Origin: Bryobacterales bacterium | GTDB taxonomy: Bacteria; Acidobacteriota; Terriglobia; Bryobacterales; UBA6623 | DNA length: 64,000 bases | Assembly: GCA_963422375.2 (NCBI GenBank) | Contig: OY729427.2 | Location: forward strand, 1,760,001 to 1,824,000 | Direction: 5' to 3' | Part shown: positions 1 to 10,981 of the stretch, piece after piece | How the letters are laid out: each line of letters opens with the position of its first letter | How positions within the stretch are numbered: position 1 is the first letter of the stretch | Position numbers and translations under genes: made by a program | Notes under the pieces: generated by a model | What the model was told of the DNA's origin: nothing | Databases searched by the model: none | What the model saw: the letters and a program-made list of their open reading frames with translations, nothing else

Positions 1-229
1 AGAGGGTGAAGCCGCCCACCTGGCGCGGCACCGTACCTTCAGTCGTCAGCAACGGCCAGCTCCACGACACCTCCACCGAGTCCGCGACCTGCCGAGCCGC
101 GAGGTCGTTCACCGGCAGCGGGAGCTTCAGCAGCGGCGGCAGCGGATCCCCGACGGAACCGCAGGCGCAGAGCGCCAGCGCCCAGGCTGCGATCGGGCGC
201 AGCGGCGTCCCGCGGTCCCACCCGGGCAT
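1..229 (-). CDS. Lipoprotein, fibronectin type III-like (5' part only; runs off the window)
   Basis: Manual translation from ATG 229: MPGWDRGTPLRPIAAWALALCACGSVGDPLPPLLKLPLPVNDLAARQVADSVEVSWSWP. Lipobox Cys followed by a GxxGxPLPP motif; starts 3 nt after the hslU stop. Confidence 0.65.
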   Translation of the reverse strand, partial: MPGWDRGTPLRPIAAWALALCACGSVGDPLPPLLKLPLPVNDLAARQVADSVEVSWSWPLLTTEGTVPRQVGGFTL

Positions 230-232
230 TCG

Positions 233-1597
233 TCAGAGAATGTAGCGGCTCAGATCCTGGTCCTTGACGATGGAGGCGAGCTGTGCCCGGACGTAGGCCG
301 CGTCGATCTTCAGGGACTTCTCCTTCATGTCGGGAGCCTCGAAGGAGACCTTGTCCAGCACCTTCTCCATGATCGTGTGCAGCCGCCGGGCACCGATGTC
401 CTCGGTCTGCTCGTTGACGAGCATGGCGGTCTGCGCGATCTCTTCGATCGCGTCCTCGGTGAATTCCAGCTCGAGGCCCTCGGTGTCGAGCAGGGCCTCG
501 TACTGCTTGGTGAGCGCGTTCTTCGGCTCCGTCAGAATGCGGACGAAGTCGTCCTTCGTGAGGGGCTTGAGCTCGACGCGGATCGGGAAGCGCCCCTGGA
601 GCTCGGGGATCATGTCGCTGGGCTTGGTCACGTGGAAGGCGCCCGCGGCGATGAAGAGAATGTGATCCGTCCGGATCATGCCGTGCCGGGTGTTGACCGT
701 GGTTCCCTCCACGATCGGCAGCAGGTCGCGCTGCACGCCTTCGCGACTGACTTCCGGCCCGCGGCCTCCCTCGCGGCCCGCGATCTTGTCCATCTCGTCT
801 AGGAACACGATGCCTGACTGCTCGGTGCGATCAACGGCTTGGCGCGTGATTTGCTCCATGTCGACGAGCTTCTGCTCCTCCTCTTCCTCCAAGGCATCCA
901 GCGCATCGATCACCGTCATCTTGCGCCGACGGGTGTTTCCGCTGAAGAGGCCCGGGAGCATCTCCTTGATGTTGATGTCCATCTCCTCGATGCCTTGGTT
1001 GGTGACGATCTCGATCGGGTTGCTGCGGCCTTGGGTCTCGATCTCGACCATGCGGTCATCGAGCTTGCCCTCGCGCAGCTGCTTGCGCAGCTTCTCGCGG
1101 GTCTTCGACGTCGAGTCGTCCTCGTCGTCGGACTCTTGCGGCGGCATGAGGATCTTCAGGAGCCGCTCCTCGGCGTTCTGTTCGGCCCGCTCTGCGACGA
1201 GCTCGATCTTCTCGTCGCGTAGCATGTCGATCGCCATTTCGATCAGGTCGCGGATCATGGAGTCGACATCGCGCCCCACGTAGCCCACCTCGGTGAACTT
1301 GGTCGCCTCGATCTTGACGAAGGGGGAGTTGGAGAGCCGCGCCAGGCGCCGGGCCACCTCGGTCTTACCGACGCCGGTGGGCCCCATCATCAGGATGTTC
1401 TTCGGCATGACCTCCTCGGCCATTTCCGGCTCCAGGCGCTGCCGGCGGATGCGGTTGCGCAGGGCGACGGCGACCGCTCGCTTGGCATCGTTCTGCCCGA
1501 CGACGTGCTTGTCGAGCTCCTGCACGATCTCGCGCGGCGTGAGCTCGTCCAGCGACGGATGCTCCGAGCCCGAGTTCCCGGGAAGGTAAATGACCAT
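233..1597 (-). CDS. hslU: ATP-dependent protease ATPase subunit HslU
   Basis: [11 protein letters not shown] start, Walker [52 protein letters not shown]-terminal DLSRYIL. Confidence 0.98.
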   Translation of the reverse strand: MVIYLPGNSGSEHPSLDELTPREIVQELDKHVVGQNDAKRAVAVALRNRIRRQRLEPEMAEEVMPKNILMMGPTGVGKTEVARRLARLSNSPFVKIEATKFTEVGYVGRDVDSMIRDLIEMAIDMLRDEKIELVAERAEQNAEERLLKILMPPQESDDEDDSTSKTREKLRKQLREGKLDDRMVEIETQGRSNPIEIVTNQGIEEMDINIKEMLPGLFSGNTRRRKMTVIDALDALEEEEEQKLVDMEQITRQAVDRTEQSGIVFLDEMDKIAGREGGRGPEVSREGVQRDLLPIVEGTTVNTRHGMIRTDHILFIAAGAFHVTKPSDMIPELQGRFPIRVELKPLTKDDFVRILTEPKNALTKQYEALLDTEGLELEFTEDAIEEIAQTAMLVNEQTEDIGARRLHTIMEKVLDKVSFEAPDMKEKSLKIDAAYVRAQLASIVKDQDLSRYIL

Positions 1598-1601
1598 GGC
1601 G

Positions 1602-2147
1602 CTAGCCCAGCTCCTCGTACGCGATGCTGGCGTTCGTGTAGATGCAGATTTCAGCGGCTATGGTCATGGCGGCCTCGGCGACAGCGTGCGCCCCGAGGTT
1701 GGTGTGCTCGAGCAGCGCCCTAGCGGCGGCTACCGCGTAGGGGCCGCCCGATCCCACGGCGGCCACCTTGTCGTCCGGCTCGATCACGTCGCCCGTCCCG
1801 CTGAGCAGCAGCGTCGACCTGGCGTCGGCAACGAGCAGGACCGCCTCCAGGTGACGCAGCGTCTTGTCCATGCGCCACTCCTTGGAGAGCTCGACGGCGG
1901 CTCGGCTGAGATTTCCGCCGTACTCCTTCAGCTTCTCCTCGAAGCGCGTGAACAGCGACATCGCGTCCGCCGTCGAGCCGGCGAAGCCGGCGAGGATCTC
2001 CTCGTTGTGGAGCCGGCGGATCTTGCGGGCCGAGGACTTCACCACCTCGGATCCCATCGTGACCTGGCCGTCTCCCGCCATCGTCACCTTGCCGTCGCGG
2101 CGCACGCACAAGACGGTTGTTGAGCGAATGCTGGGATGCAAACCCAT
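1602..2147 (-). CDS. hslV: ATP-dependent protease peptidase subunit HslV
   Basis: [22 protein letters not shown] with catalytic Thr, [18 protein letters not shown]. Start taken at ATG 2147; the longer ORF-track extension is spurious. Confidence 0.97.
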   Translation of the reverse strand: MGLHPSIRSTTVLCVRRDGKVTMAGDGQVTMGSEVVKSSARKIRRLHNEEILAGFAGSTADAMSLFTRFEEKLKEYGGNLSRAAVELSKEWRMDKTLRHLEAVLLVADARSTLLLSGTGDVIEPDDKVAAVGSGGPYAVAAARALLEHTNLGAHAVAEAAMTIAAEICIYTNASIAYEELG

Positions 2148-2623
2148 TGGGCGAGCCCCGGGCAGGCCCGAACTCTCATTATAGGAACTGCCCGGGTGCG
2201 CGCCCGCCGCTGAGCGCAGCGGCGGGCGACTGGCATTGCGCGACCGGGTCAAATCTGTTGCGGCGCTTCTCGGAAGCAGTAAGCGCAGGTCCCGCCCGAC
2301 CGCGTTGAGATTCTCGCGCCCGGCGAGACTCTCCAGCGCGCCCGGTTCCGCTTCTCGGTGGTAGAGATCCGCCCCGCCGTCGCGGAATCGGACGGTCCGA
2401 GCGGGTCGAGAGACATCTCCGACTTCGACGGTTGCCGACTGCGCCCCGGCCTGTGCCGAGATTGGAAGCCGCCGCGGGCAAGCGGCGTGCTGCGCGCCCT
2501 CGTGGGAGCCGTGCGGTCTGAAGTTGCACCACCCCGCCCTGCGGAACGGACGGGCCGCCGACCTTCTCACAAGCCACCTTGCTAGAGTGTTCCTCGTCGG
2601 AGGGTTAGGCCTCGTGAAGAAAG

Positions 2624-3858
2624 GGGATTATATATCTCAGGGCCGACGACGCCATAGCCGGCTAGAACTGCTCTGATCGGGGACGTCGGCGTCTAGCTCG
2701 GTCATTCGTGTGCAGCCGAGGTGGGCACCGAACGGTCGGTTCGTATCTGAAGCACACCGGCCAGCGGATTTCGCGGCGCACGGACTAGAGAGGCTGCCGC
2801 GGACCGGCAAGGCCGTGCTCGGGCCGCGACCGCCGCCTTGCCGACCAGTCGCCGGTAGGTCAGCGTCTTGCCGACCAAGCTCCGCGCCATGCGCCGCATC
2901 CGTTCCGCCGTGTCGCAGTTGCGGGCGTTGCGCCGTCCCGCGAACTCCGCGAGGTAGCGGCCCGAATGACCGACGCTCATCCGGTGATTGGTTCCCCAAA
3001 GGCCGCGCTCGAACCGGGACCGGAACGACTCGATGCCGTTCGCATGCGCTGCCCCGCGCACGTACTCGCCGCCGGAGTGCTTGACGCCCTCGCGCGGGAA
3101 CTCCGCCATGCCGGCGCAGGTCGCCGCCTCGTCGGAGCGGACTTGCGCGCCCGGCGCGACCCGGCCGCGCACGAAGCCCTGCAGGTCGCCCTCGGTCGTG
3201 CCCGGCAGCGGCCGGGCGGCCACTTCGCTCGTGGCGCGGTCCCGCGCGCCCGCCACGGGGGTCTTGCCGCCTGGGCCGCGCCTGGCCCGGGCTTTCTTGC
3301 TCTCGTGCTTGTTGCGCTCCTTGCCGCCGCCGCAGGTCTCGTCCACCTCCACCGGGCCGACGAACGGGTCCCGGTCCCGCTCCCGGCACGCGCGGACGCG
3401 GTGCGCCAGGTGCCAGGCCGACTTCCGGCTGATGCCCGTGTCGCGGTGCAGCTTCACGCCGGAGACGCCCTTGAGGCCGGTGGTCGGCACGAACATGGCG
3501 ACGGCCCGGACGCGGTAGCCGTGCTTGGTGTCGGCCATCACGCTGCCGGTGCGCACGGAAGAGCGCTTGCCGCAACCGCGGCAACGGTACGGCATCGAAT
3601 GGTGGGTCGTGCCGGACTGCACGCTGGAGCCGCGGCAGCGGGGGCATTCCGGACCGTCCGGCCAGCGCATGGAGGCGAACCACTTTTCCGCGGATTCGTC
3701 ATCGGGGAACATGGCGATCACTTCGATCAAGGTGATGCTTTTACGAAACCACTTCCCGGGACCTTGCTACTTAATTGACGACCTCCCATATTGGAATTCT
3801 TCTATCAAGAAATTCTACAGAAGTTCAACAGAGATTTGGAAGGAATATCAAATTAATT
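2624..3858 (-). mobile_element. IS1595-family insertion sequence with a decayed transposase (coding part about 2840-3775)
   Basis: Zn ribbon CPRC...YRCRGC, GPVEVDET, SDEA, HANGIESF, RYLAEF. Probable ancestral start reads ATT AAG TAG after a GGAGGT RBS. Terminus GGGATTATATATCT at 2624; the other boundary is approximate. Confidence 0.85.
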
Positions 3859-3859
3859 C

Positions 3860-4324
3860 ATGAATTTGGAACGCCTTCAGCGCCTCCGGCACCCTGTAAC
3901 CGAGCCCCGCCATCTCCAGCGGCCCGGCCCAGGGCTTCTTGCCGTTGTAGACCACCGTCGCCAGCACCGGCGGCAGCAGCCCGCGCCCCCGCACCTGTCC
4001 GCTCGCCAGCAGCCAGTTGTACAGCTGCAGCACGTATTCGGCGACGCGCAGCGGCATGCGGCGCTCGCTCTTCGACTGGAACTCCAGCATCAGGTACAGG
4101 TACAGCGCCCGCCCGCGCCAGGTCGCGCGCCAGATCAGGTCGTTGCGGCGCAGCCGCGGGTCGGCGGCCACGTGCTCGGTCGCCACCGGAGTCAGCGTCG
4201 ACCGATCCAGGTGCCGCGCCCAGTCCGCCCCGCAGTAGGCCGTCAGCGGGTCGGCCATGATCGCCGGGCAGCCGAATGCCAGCTTGTAGGACTCGTAGTG
4301 CCTGCGCCTGCGCTTGCCGGCCGT
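3860..4324 (-). pseudogene. Rpn/YhgA-like (transposase_31) recombination-promoting nuclease, truncated
   Basis: HYESYKLAF, RNDLIW, YLYLMLEFQS, RMPLRV..Y, LPPVLATVVYNGKKPW. C-terminal half cut off at the IS1595 boundary. Confidence 0.8.
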
Positions 4325-5379
4325 CCCCGCGCATCGCCCTGCCGTCCCGTCCGGCCGCGACAGTCCGATTATGGCACGTGCGCCATGCGGCCGGAGGCCA
4401 CCGCCCGGGCGGACCGAATCCTGCTGGCGGCCGTGCGGCGCGGCGCGCCGGTCTGCGGCGAGAGCCGCGTGCCGGAGGTCGGATCGAATCGCGGGAATGC
4501 CGCGACTCCTTCCGGCGTTCAGCTGTTTCAACCGGGCCTCGGAGTTCCGTACATGGGCCGGCTCGGAGTGTCCGCGGATCGGGGCCACGCGTCCCGTTCG
4601 AGCGGTTCGAGCGAAGGGCGGGGGAGCGTCGGGCCGGTCGGCAGGGGCTCGCAGGCCAAGCGCGGGCTGGTGCCGGGACCGACCGTCCGTGATCGGTCGA
4701 GCTCGGTGATCGGCGGTGCGGGCGCCTGGTCCCGGGCGGGGGCGGACTGGTGCAGCAGGCCCGCGGCGAGGGTGCCCGCGCCCGGGTCCCGGAGCGGGCC
4801 GGGCAGGGCTAGCGCGCGCCCGGCGGGGTCCGGCTCGCCGGCCGGTGCTCGGAGCGAGTCAGACTTCCCGAAGGCACTCAAGTCGCTGAATATCGGAGAG
4901 TTGCGAGACACGTGACGCAAGCGCCCGTCCCTACCATCTGCCTACCATGTGCGGAACTCCGAGCCTCCCATCGTGCAGCCCGGTCAGCCAAGTCTCCGGC
5001 AATCAGTCCGCAGCGCTGCCCCCGGCCGAACTTGGTGCCGTGTTGAAGGCAACTGGGACTAGTCCCAGCGAGCGACTAGCCAACGCCTGGCCCATTCAAG
5101 CAGTGCGGTCCGCCGCGGTTGCGCGCACATTGGCTTTGGCAGGGCCGGCCAGGCGCCCCTGACCGTGCGCGGCGCACACTGCTGCACCGCGCTTGGCTAT
5201 GCTCTTGGTCACCGGCAGGCCCTCCGGTCGAAGCCCGGCGGAAAGAGACGTCGGCCGGAGCCGACGTATGCCTGCCAGATTCGACTGCCGCATCCCGCGC
5301 CGCCGGCAGCGCTCCGAAGCTAGCCGCGCTCGCTGCCGTCTGCGTGGCTTTCGGAGCGCTTGTGAGTCCTGTCAGCCGA

Positions 5380-6255
5380 CGGTGCGAATCAAGCGCTTGC
5401 TTGATGCCCCGATCATCAGCCTTGGCGCTCCCCCCAGCATCGGTCCGAACGTCTAGGGCCCGTCGCTGATCCGGGTGCCGGGCTGGGTCAGGAAACCGCT
5501 CGGCAGGTACTACCCGTATTTCGCGGATCACAAGGGCAGCTAGATCCGCCTTGCGTACGCTGACGACCTGCTGGGTCCGTGGAGGGTCCATCCCCCGGGC
5601 AGCCTGCAGATCGGCGAGTCGCACTTCCCAAGCGAACTGCCCCTTGTGGACCCCGAAGAACTGGAGCGAGCCAAGGGGCGCCGTGCGGAGACTTACGGCG
5701 GGAACTGCTTGCCGCATTCGCTCCTCAAGGAATTCACCGCTCCCCATATCGCGTCTCCGGACGTCAACGTGGACAAGACGAACCGTCGCTTCATCATGTA
5801 CTTCCACGGCTTGGAGGGCTTCGGACGGCAGGCGAGCCGGGGAGCATTCTCGGACGACCGCATCGATTTCGCCGTGCGTCCGGAGATTCTCGGACGCACC
5901 TACCTTCGAGTCTTTCGGCACGCAGGCAAGGCATTCGCGATCGCCATGCCCGGCCAGGTCTATCGGATCCGACGACGGCCTATCGAACTTCCAAGAGGGA
6001 CCGCTGCTATTCAATCCCAGCATGCGGCACTGCGCCCTGCTAGAGCGCGGGGATCGGTTGCACGTGTCTTGGCCCCAAGTAGGCCACGCGTCGGAACGGA
6101 TCCTGCTGAGCGTGATCCTCCTGTCTAGGCCGTGGACGGAGTGGAAGGAGGGCGAGCCGGTCGAAGTCCTGCGACCCGAACGCGACCGGGAAGCAGCGAA
6201 CGAGCCCAACGAACCGTCCGTCCGCAGCGTGGGCTACGGGCCCGTGAACAGCGAT
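5380..6255 (+). pseudogene. Conserved hypothetical, glycoside-hydrolase-like beta-propeller, pseudogene
   Basis: Reconstructed NV*GPSLIRVPGWVRKPLGRYYPYFADHKGS*IRLAYADDLLGPW...PHIASPDV...MYFHG, then a frameshift to SDDGLSNFQEGP...RHCALL. Two TAG stops and one frameshift; 3' end truncated. Confidence 0.65.
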
Positions 6256-6660
6256 TTAGAATTTGGGCATGTTGGGATTTACAGAGTGTCTGAGAAGGGC
6301 GCCGAAGGCAGGCTGGCAGAGGCTGGTACTCGACTTTTCCTAGCGGAATCTGTGAGCTAGGATGCATGCCCATTGTCATTGGACTCGCTCCTGAGCGCCT
6401 TCCGCCAGACTGCCGTCGGCCTGCCCGACCGTCGCACGGGACGCAACACGCGGTACGAGGTCAGCGACGCCGCCGATTGCGCCCTGGCCTGCTGCTTCAC
6501 CCACTGCGAGTCGTTTCTCGAGTTCCAGCGGCGCATGGATCAGGACGGATCCCGCTCCAACTGCCAGACCCTGTTCGGCGTGGGGCGCGTCCCCTGCGAC
6601 AACCAGATCCGCAACTTGCTCGACGGCATCCAGCCGGCTGCCTTCGACCCACTGTTCCTG
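6250..6660 (+). mobile_element. ISNCY-type transposase N-terminal fragment (coding from 6373)
   Basis: LPDRRTGRNTRYEVSDAA..A..FTHCESFLEFQRRM...NCQTLFGV..VPCDNQIRNLLD; no catalytic domain follows. Confidence 0.7.
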
Positions 6661-7155
6661 CTTCCCCGACTGGCCAACTCTGCTGGCGCCGGACGTGCGC
6701 CACAGCCCTGCCAGCCGTCCGACGCTCCCGCGGGGCGGCGTCAGGATCTCGACCGCTCGGTCAACTTGTTCATCTCATCCTCCTCAACAACGTTCACGCA
6801 CCACCTTGATGGCCATATTGAGAATCGGTGCCTCCCGGGCGCGCAACTGGCGCTCCCTGGCCTGCCTCCGCAGACCCTCGTCGCCTCCGCGGCCGGTCTC
6901 GTCGCGCCCACGCCCCGCCGGCTGTCCGTCCGGCTCGGCCTGGCTCCGCTCCGCGTCAACGACGACGCCCGGCCCGAGCGCCCCGGGCTGCTGCCCTCCT
7001 ACTGCAACACACACCCGCAGCCCCCAGCCCTTCACGGAGACCTCACCCCTCTCTCTGCCTGTAGTAGCGGATCAATGGGAGAAAACGCCCGTTTCAACCG
7101 CAGCAATAATCTGAGGAATACCGCCCATTCAACTCCGGAGTGCGGGAAGAGGATT

Positions 7156-7331
7156 GGAATTATTTGTCTGAGTGCCGACGACGTCATATCCGGCTAGAAC
7201 TGCTCTGATTGGGGATGTCGGCGTCTAGCTCGGGTCATTCGTGTGCGGCGGAGGTGGGCACCGAAGGGTCGGTTCGTATCCCAATCGCTCCGGCAAGCGG
7301 ATTTCACGGCGCACGGACTAGAGAGGCCGCC
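7156..7331 (+). repeat. Orphan second copy of the IS1595 3' end (direct repeat of 2624-2798)
   Basis: Alignable throughout, e.g. GCCGACGACG.CATA.CCGGCTAGAACTGCTCTGAT.GGGGA.GTCGGCGTCTAGCTCGG...GGCGCACGGACTAGAGAGGC. Confidence 0.85.
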
Positions 7332-7488
7332 TCGATGCATACGAGCCCCATCCGCCGCAGACGGTGAGTCAACCGAGCGAGCGCATGATGCACGGGAACG
7401 GCAGGCACGGACCGAGCCGAATCGCGCGCGCCCGACTCTCCGACTCTCTGCGGCGGTTTGATCCGGAATGTCGCGTGAATGGTAGTTA

Positions 7489-7743
7489 GTGCTTGTGACA
7501 AAACCCCTGAATTCTGGCCTGATCAGCATTTCATACTACATCTTGATGTCGGATGGATCTCCAAACACAACATATAGAGCCCAAGGTCGGAAGTTGCTCA
7601 GCCGCCAATCGCGAAGATTTCCGCGCTCTACCCAGAATTGGCAGGATTTCGGACCAGTCGTAGCATTCCAGTGAAATCTTCGCCTTGAGAGATTGGACCT
7701 AACACCTTTTTTATCAAGGGGATACGAGTTTTGTCACAGGCAC
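7489..7743 (+). mobile_element. 255-bp MITE, copy 1
   Basis: TIRs GTGCTTGTGACAAAAC / GTTTTGTCACAGGCAC, TA on both sides, near-identical to the copies at 10727, 28448 and 62888. Confidence 0.92.
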
Positions 7744-8277
7744 TAGTTACCGCGAGACCAGCGGGAGGCCGGCCTGCCAGAGGATAGGTGAGGATGCATC
7801 CGAGTCGTCTCTGCGACGCATTCCGGGGCTCTACGCGGTCGGCGTCGCGATTGCGGCCATTCTCGACTGCCTCGGATGGAATCGCCGGGCGACAGGCCGT
7901 GTCTGGCGGTCTCAACCGCGCCACTTGAGGAAAGAGATGCCGCTGGCAGAGGACGAAATGCGAACTGGAATGGGCCCTGTTCCGGCTAGCGGACGAACTC
8001 GGGATTCTTGACGCCGGGGAAGATGAATCGCAACCCGTGCGTCGACGCCCGCCCGCTCGGGGCCGCCGGTCCAGCCATGGTCCCGGACTGAAACGCTCAA
8101 CCAGGGCCGCCGAGCGTCCCCTCGACCGGATTCGGGAGGTGGGCGATGGATCCGGCCCAGGGGCCGCCCTCGACACGAGCCTCGCCACGGCAACGGGACA
8201 GCATTCCGTAGCGGCTCAGCACGTCGGCGCCGACGGCGTCCGTCCCTCTCGCCGGAATGTACGATGGAGGGTCAGAG

Positions 8278-8655
8278 ATGGCCGACGATGCACGCGCCGC
8301 CCAGCAGCGGCCCGAGATCCCGGACCGGGTGTTCTTCCGGATCGGAGAGGTCAGCGAGATCGTAGGCGTAGACCCGCATGTCCTGCGCTACTGGGAGGGC
8401 AAGTTCCCGTTGCTGGAGCCGCGCAAGACTTCGAGAGGCTACCGGCAGTACCGTCGCAAGGACGTTGAGACGGCGCTCGCGATCAAGGAAATGCTGCATG
8501 TGAGGAGGTACACCATCGAGGGGGCGCGCAAGGCGCTGCATTCGCAGGGCAAGTCCGCTTCCCGGTCGGCCGCGCCCAGTCCGCCGCCGGCGTCTCCGGA
8601 CGCCTTCCGCGAGATCCGAACGCAGCTCCAGCAGATCCTCGACCTGCTCGCGTAG
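8278..8655 (+). CDS. MerR-family transcriptional regulator
   Basis: FFRIGEVSEIVGVDPHVLRYWE..F..L.P.K..RGYRQYRRKDV...YTIEGAR; GGAGG RBS upstream. Confidence 0.92.
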   Translation: MADDARAAQQRPEIPDRVFFRIGEVSEIVGVDPHVLRYWEGKFPLLEPRKTSRGYRQYRRKDVETALAIKEMLHVRRYTIEGARKALHSQGKSASRSAAPSPPPASPDAFREIRTQLQQILDLLA

Positions 8656-8680
8656 CCGGGGCGCCCCTCCTGCAATGGCC

Positions 8681-9823
8681 TCAGACGGCCACGCTCAGCG
8701 TCGCCTCGTCGCGCGACACCTCGCGGTAGAGCGTGTCGCGCTCGGTCGGCTCGCGTCCTGAATCCCGGATCAGACGGTACAGCTGCTCCCGGCGCAGCGC
8801 TTGGGGCGTGCGGGCCCCCGCGTCGTGGTAGATCTTCTCCTCGACCACCGTGCCGTCGATGTCGTCCGCGCCGAAGCGCTGCGCCACCTGCGCGATCTTC
8901 GGCGTCATCATGATCCAGTAGGCCTTGATGTGGGGGAAGTTGTCCAGCAGGAGCCGCGCCACTGCGATCGCCTTGATGTCTTGGAAGCCCGAAGTGATCG
9001 GGAGGTGATGCATCGGGGTGTTCTGCGGATGGAAGGCGAGCGGGATGTATGTCTGGAACCCGCCGGTGTCGTCCTGCAGGGCGCGCAGCCTCAGCAGGTG
9101 GTCGACCCGGTCCTCTTCCGTCTCGATGTGCCCGTATAGCATCGTCGCGTTGGACTTCAGCCCGAGCCGATGGGCGGTACGCGCGGTCTCGATCCACTCG
9201 TTCCCGTCGATCTTGTGATCGCAGATGATGCGCCGCACGCGCTCGGCGAAGATCTCCGCGCCGCCTCCCGGCAGGGAATCGACGCCGGCGTCCCGCAGCC
9301 GCTCGAGCGTCTCGCGAATCGAGAGCCTCTCTCGTCGCGCCAGGTAGCCGATCTCGACCATCGTCAGCGCCTTGATATGGACGGAGGGAAAGCGCCGCTT
9401 CAGCCCGCGGAACATCTTCGCGTACCAGTCCAAGCCGAGCTCGGGGTGCAGTCCGCCCACCACGTGGAACTCGGAGATCGCCTCGCTGTAGCCAATTCCC
9501 GCCGTGTGCCAGACCTGTTCCAGCGACATGGTGTAGGCGGTCGGGTTGCGCTTCTGCTTGCCGAAGGCGCACAGCTTGCAGGCCGCGACGCACACGTCGG
9601 TCGGATTGATGTGCCGGTTGACGTTGAAATAGGTCCTGTTGCCGTTGAGCCTCTCGCGGACCGCGTTAGCGAGGTAGCCGATGCCCAGCAGGTCGCTGGA
9701 CTCGTACAGGGCCACGCCGTCATCGAAGGACAGGCGCGTCCCTTCCATCACCTTGGCGGCGATCGGAAGCAGTCTGCTGTCGGCGAATCGGGGCGGCAAG
9801 GGCCTCTTCCCGTGTTCATCCAA
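8681..9823 (-). CDS. mqnE: Aminofutalosine synthase MqnE (radical SAM)
   Basis: NRHINPTDVCVAACKLCAF, LPGGGAEIF, NATMLYGHIE, HIKAYW, FGADDIDGTVVEEKIYHDAGA. Start codon uncertain. Confidence 0.92.
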   Translation of the reverse strand: MDEHGKRPLPPRFADSRLLPIAAKVMEGTRLSFDDGVALYESSDLLGIGYLANAVRERLNGNRTYFNVNRHINPTDVCVAACKLCAFGKQKRNPTAYTMSLEQVWHTAGIGYSEAISEFHVVGGLHPELGLDWYAKMFRGLKRRFPSVHIKALTMVEIGYLARRERLSIRETLERLRDAGVDSLPGGGAEIFAERVRRIICDHKIDGNEWIETARTAHRLGLKSNATMLYGHIETEEDRVDHLLRLRALQDDTGGFQTYIPLAFHPQNTPMHHLPITSGFQDIKAIAVARLLLDNFPHIKAYWIMMTPKIAQVAQRFGADDIDGTVVEEKIYHDAGARTPQALRREQLYRLIRDSGREPTERDTLYREVSRDEATLSVAV

Positions 9824-9871
9824 CGTACCAGATCGCCGCCCCGGGCCGGACCGTCGCCGGGACGCTACGGC

Positions 9872-10714
9872 CTAGCGCCTCTCGGCCGCGAGCTGTTCCA
9901 GATACAGGGACTCCAAGCGCTCCACGGCGGCCAGAAAGCCCTCCGGGTCCACGAAGGTTTCGGGGCTGTAGGATTGGCCGGCGCGGTACTTGCGGTGGAG
10001 GCCGTACTGGGATCCGTGCGCCGCGAGCCAGACATCGACAGCCATCGCTTTCTGGCGGCGGAAGGTCTTGGCGAAGTCGTCCGCGACGCCGGGATAAGTA
10101 GGATCCGCGACTAGGCGCTTTCCCGCGTTGATCGTTCCCATGTTCGCGATCACCACGCGGTAGTCCCTGCCGCCCTCGCGGACGGTCATGGCGTAGCTGG
10201 AGCTGCCGGCGGTGTGGCCCGGCGTCTCGATCACCTCGAGCTTGGTGCTGCCCAGCTCGATCACCTCGCCGTCGCTGAGGATCTTGTCGACCTTGACCGG
10301 CCGGAACGACACCCTCCCGCCGAAGTGCGGGTCGCTGAAGCCGCCGTCCTCCAGCACCGGCGCGTCGCCCGCCGTCGCCCACATCTCGGCGCCGGCGAGC
10401 TCCTTGATCTCGGCGAGGGCGGCCGTGTGATCCCAGTGAGCCTGCATCGTCAGGAGGATTCTCACGTCCTCCAGTTCAAAGCCGAGAGCCTCGACGTTCC
10501 TGCGGATGAGGGGAACCGAGTCTTCCAAAGCCGTGTTGATCAGGATGTGGCCGTCCGCCGACGCGATCAGGAAGACGCCCAGATCGTAGGTCCCGACGGC
10601 GTGCAGGTTGCCGATCACGCGGTGGCCGGGGAAGGGGCGGCTCCAGCCTTCGGGCTGGGCCGCCAGCGGCGCCGCGAGCGCGGCTAGGAGGCAGGCGTGT
10701 GACAGGCTGCGCAT
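9872..10714 (-). CDS. Subclass B3 metallo-beta-lactamase (QHH/DHH variant), secreted
   Basis: Signal peptide MRSLSHACLLAALAAPLAA, PFPGHRVIGNLHAVGT, QAHWDH, TPGHTAG, WLAAHG. Confidence 0.88.
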   Translation of the reverse strand: MRSLSHACLLAALAAPLAAQPEGWSRPFPGHRVIGNLHAVGTYDLGVFLIASADGHILINTALEDSVPLIRRNVEALGFELEDVRILLTMQAHWDHTAALAEIKELAGAEMWATAGDAPVLEDGGFSDPHFGGRVSFRPVKVDKILSDGEVIELGSTKLEVIETPGHTAGSSSYAMTVREGGRDYRVVIANMGTINAGKRLVADPTYPGVADDFAKTFRRQKAMAVDVWLAAHGSQYGLHRKYRAGQSYSPETFVDPEGFLAAVERLESLYLEQLAAERR

Positions 10715-10726
10715 GCGGATAGTGTA

Positions 10727-10981
10727 GTGCTTGTGACAAAACCCCTGAATTCTGGCCTGATCAGCATTTGATACTACATCCTGATGTCGGATGGATCTCC
10801 AAACACAACATATAGGGCTCAAGGTCGGAGGTTGCTCAGCCGCCAATCGCGAAGATTTCCGCGCTCTACCCAGAATCGCCAGGATTTTGGACTAGTCGTA
10901 GCATTGCAGCGAAATCTTCGCCTTGCGAGATTGGACCTAACGCCTTTGTTGTCAAGGGGATACGAGTTTTTTCACGGACAC
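10727..10981 (+). mobile_element. 255-bp MITE, copy 2
   Basis: Same TIRs (right one slightly degenerate) and TA flanks; ends 12 nt upstream of the beta-lactamase ATG. Confidence 0.92.

Noticed and set aside
2300..2600. HicA-like or recombinase remnant upstream of hslV
   Set aside because: Only a few residues (GW...HGSHE) are suggestive; not enough to call
4860..4950. Possible attachment-site or integrase-end remnant (CTACCAT repeated)
   Set aside because: No integrase, tRNA or matching second site in the window
7489..7674. Small ORFs inside or crossing the MITE copies
   Set aside because: Starts and stops differ between copies; no RBS or recognisable domain
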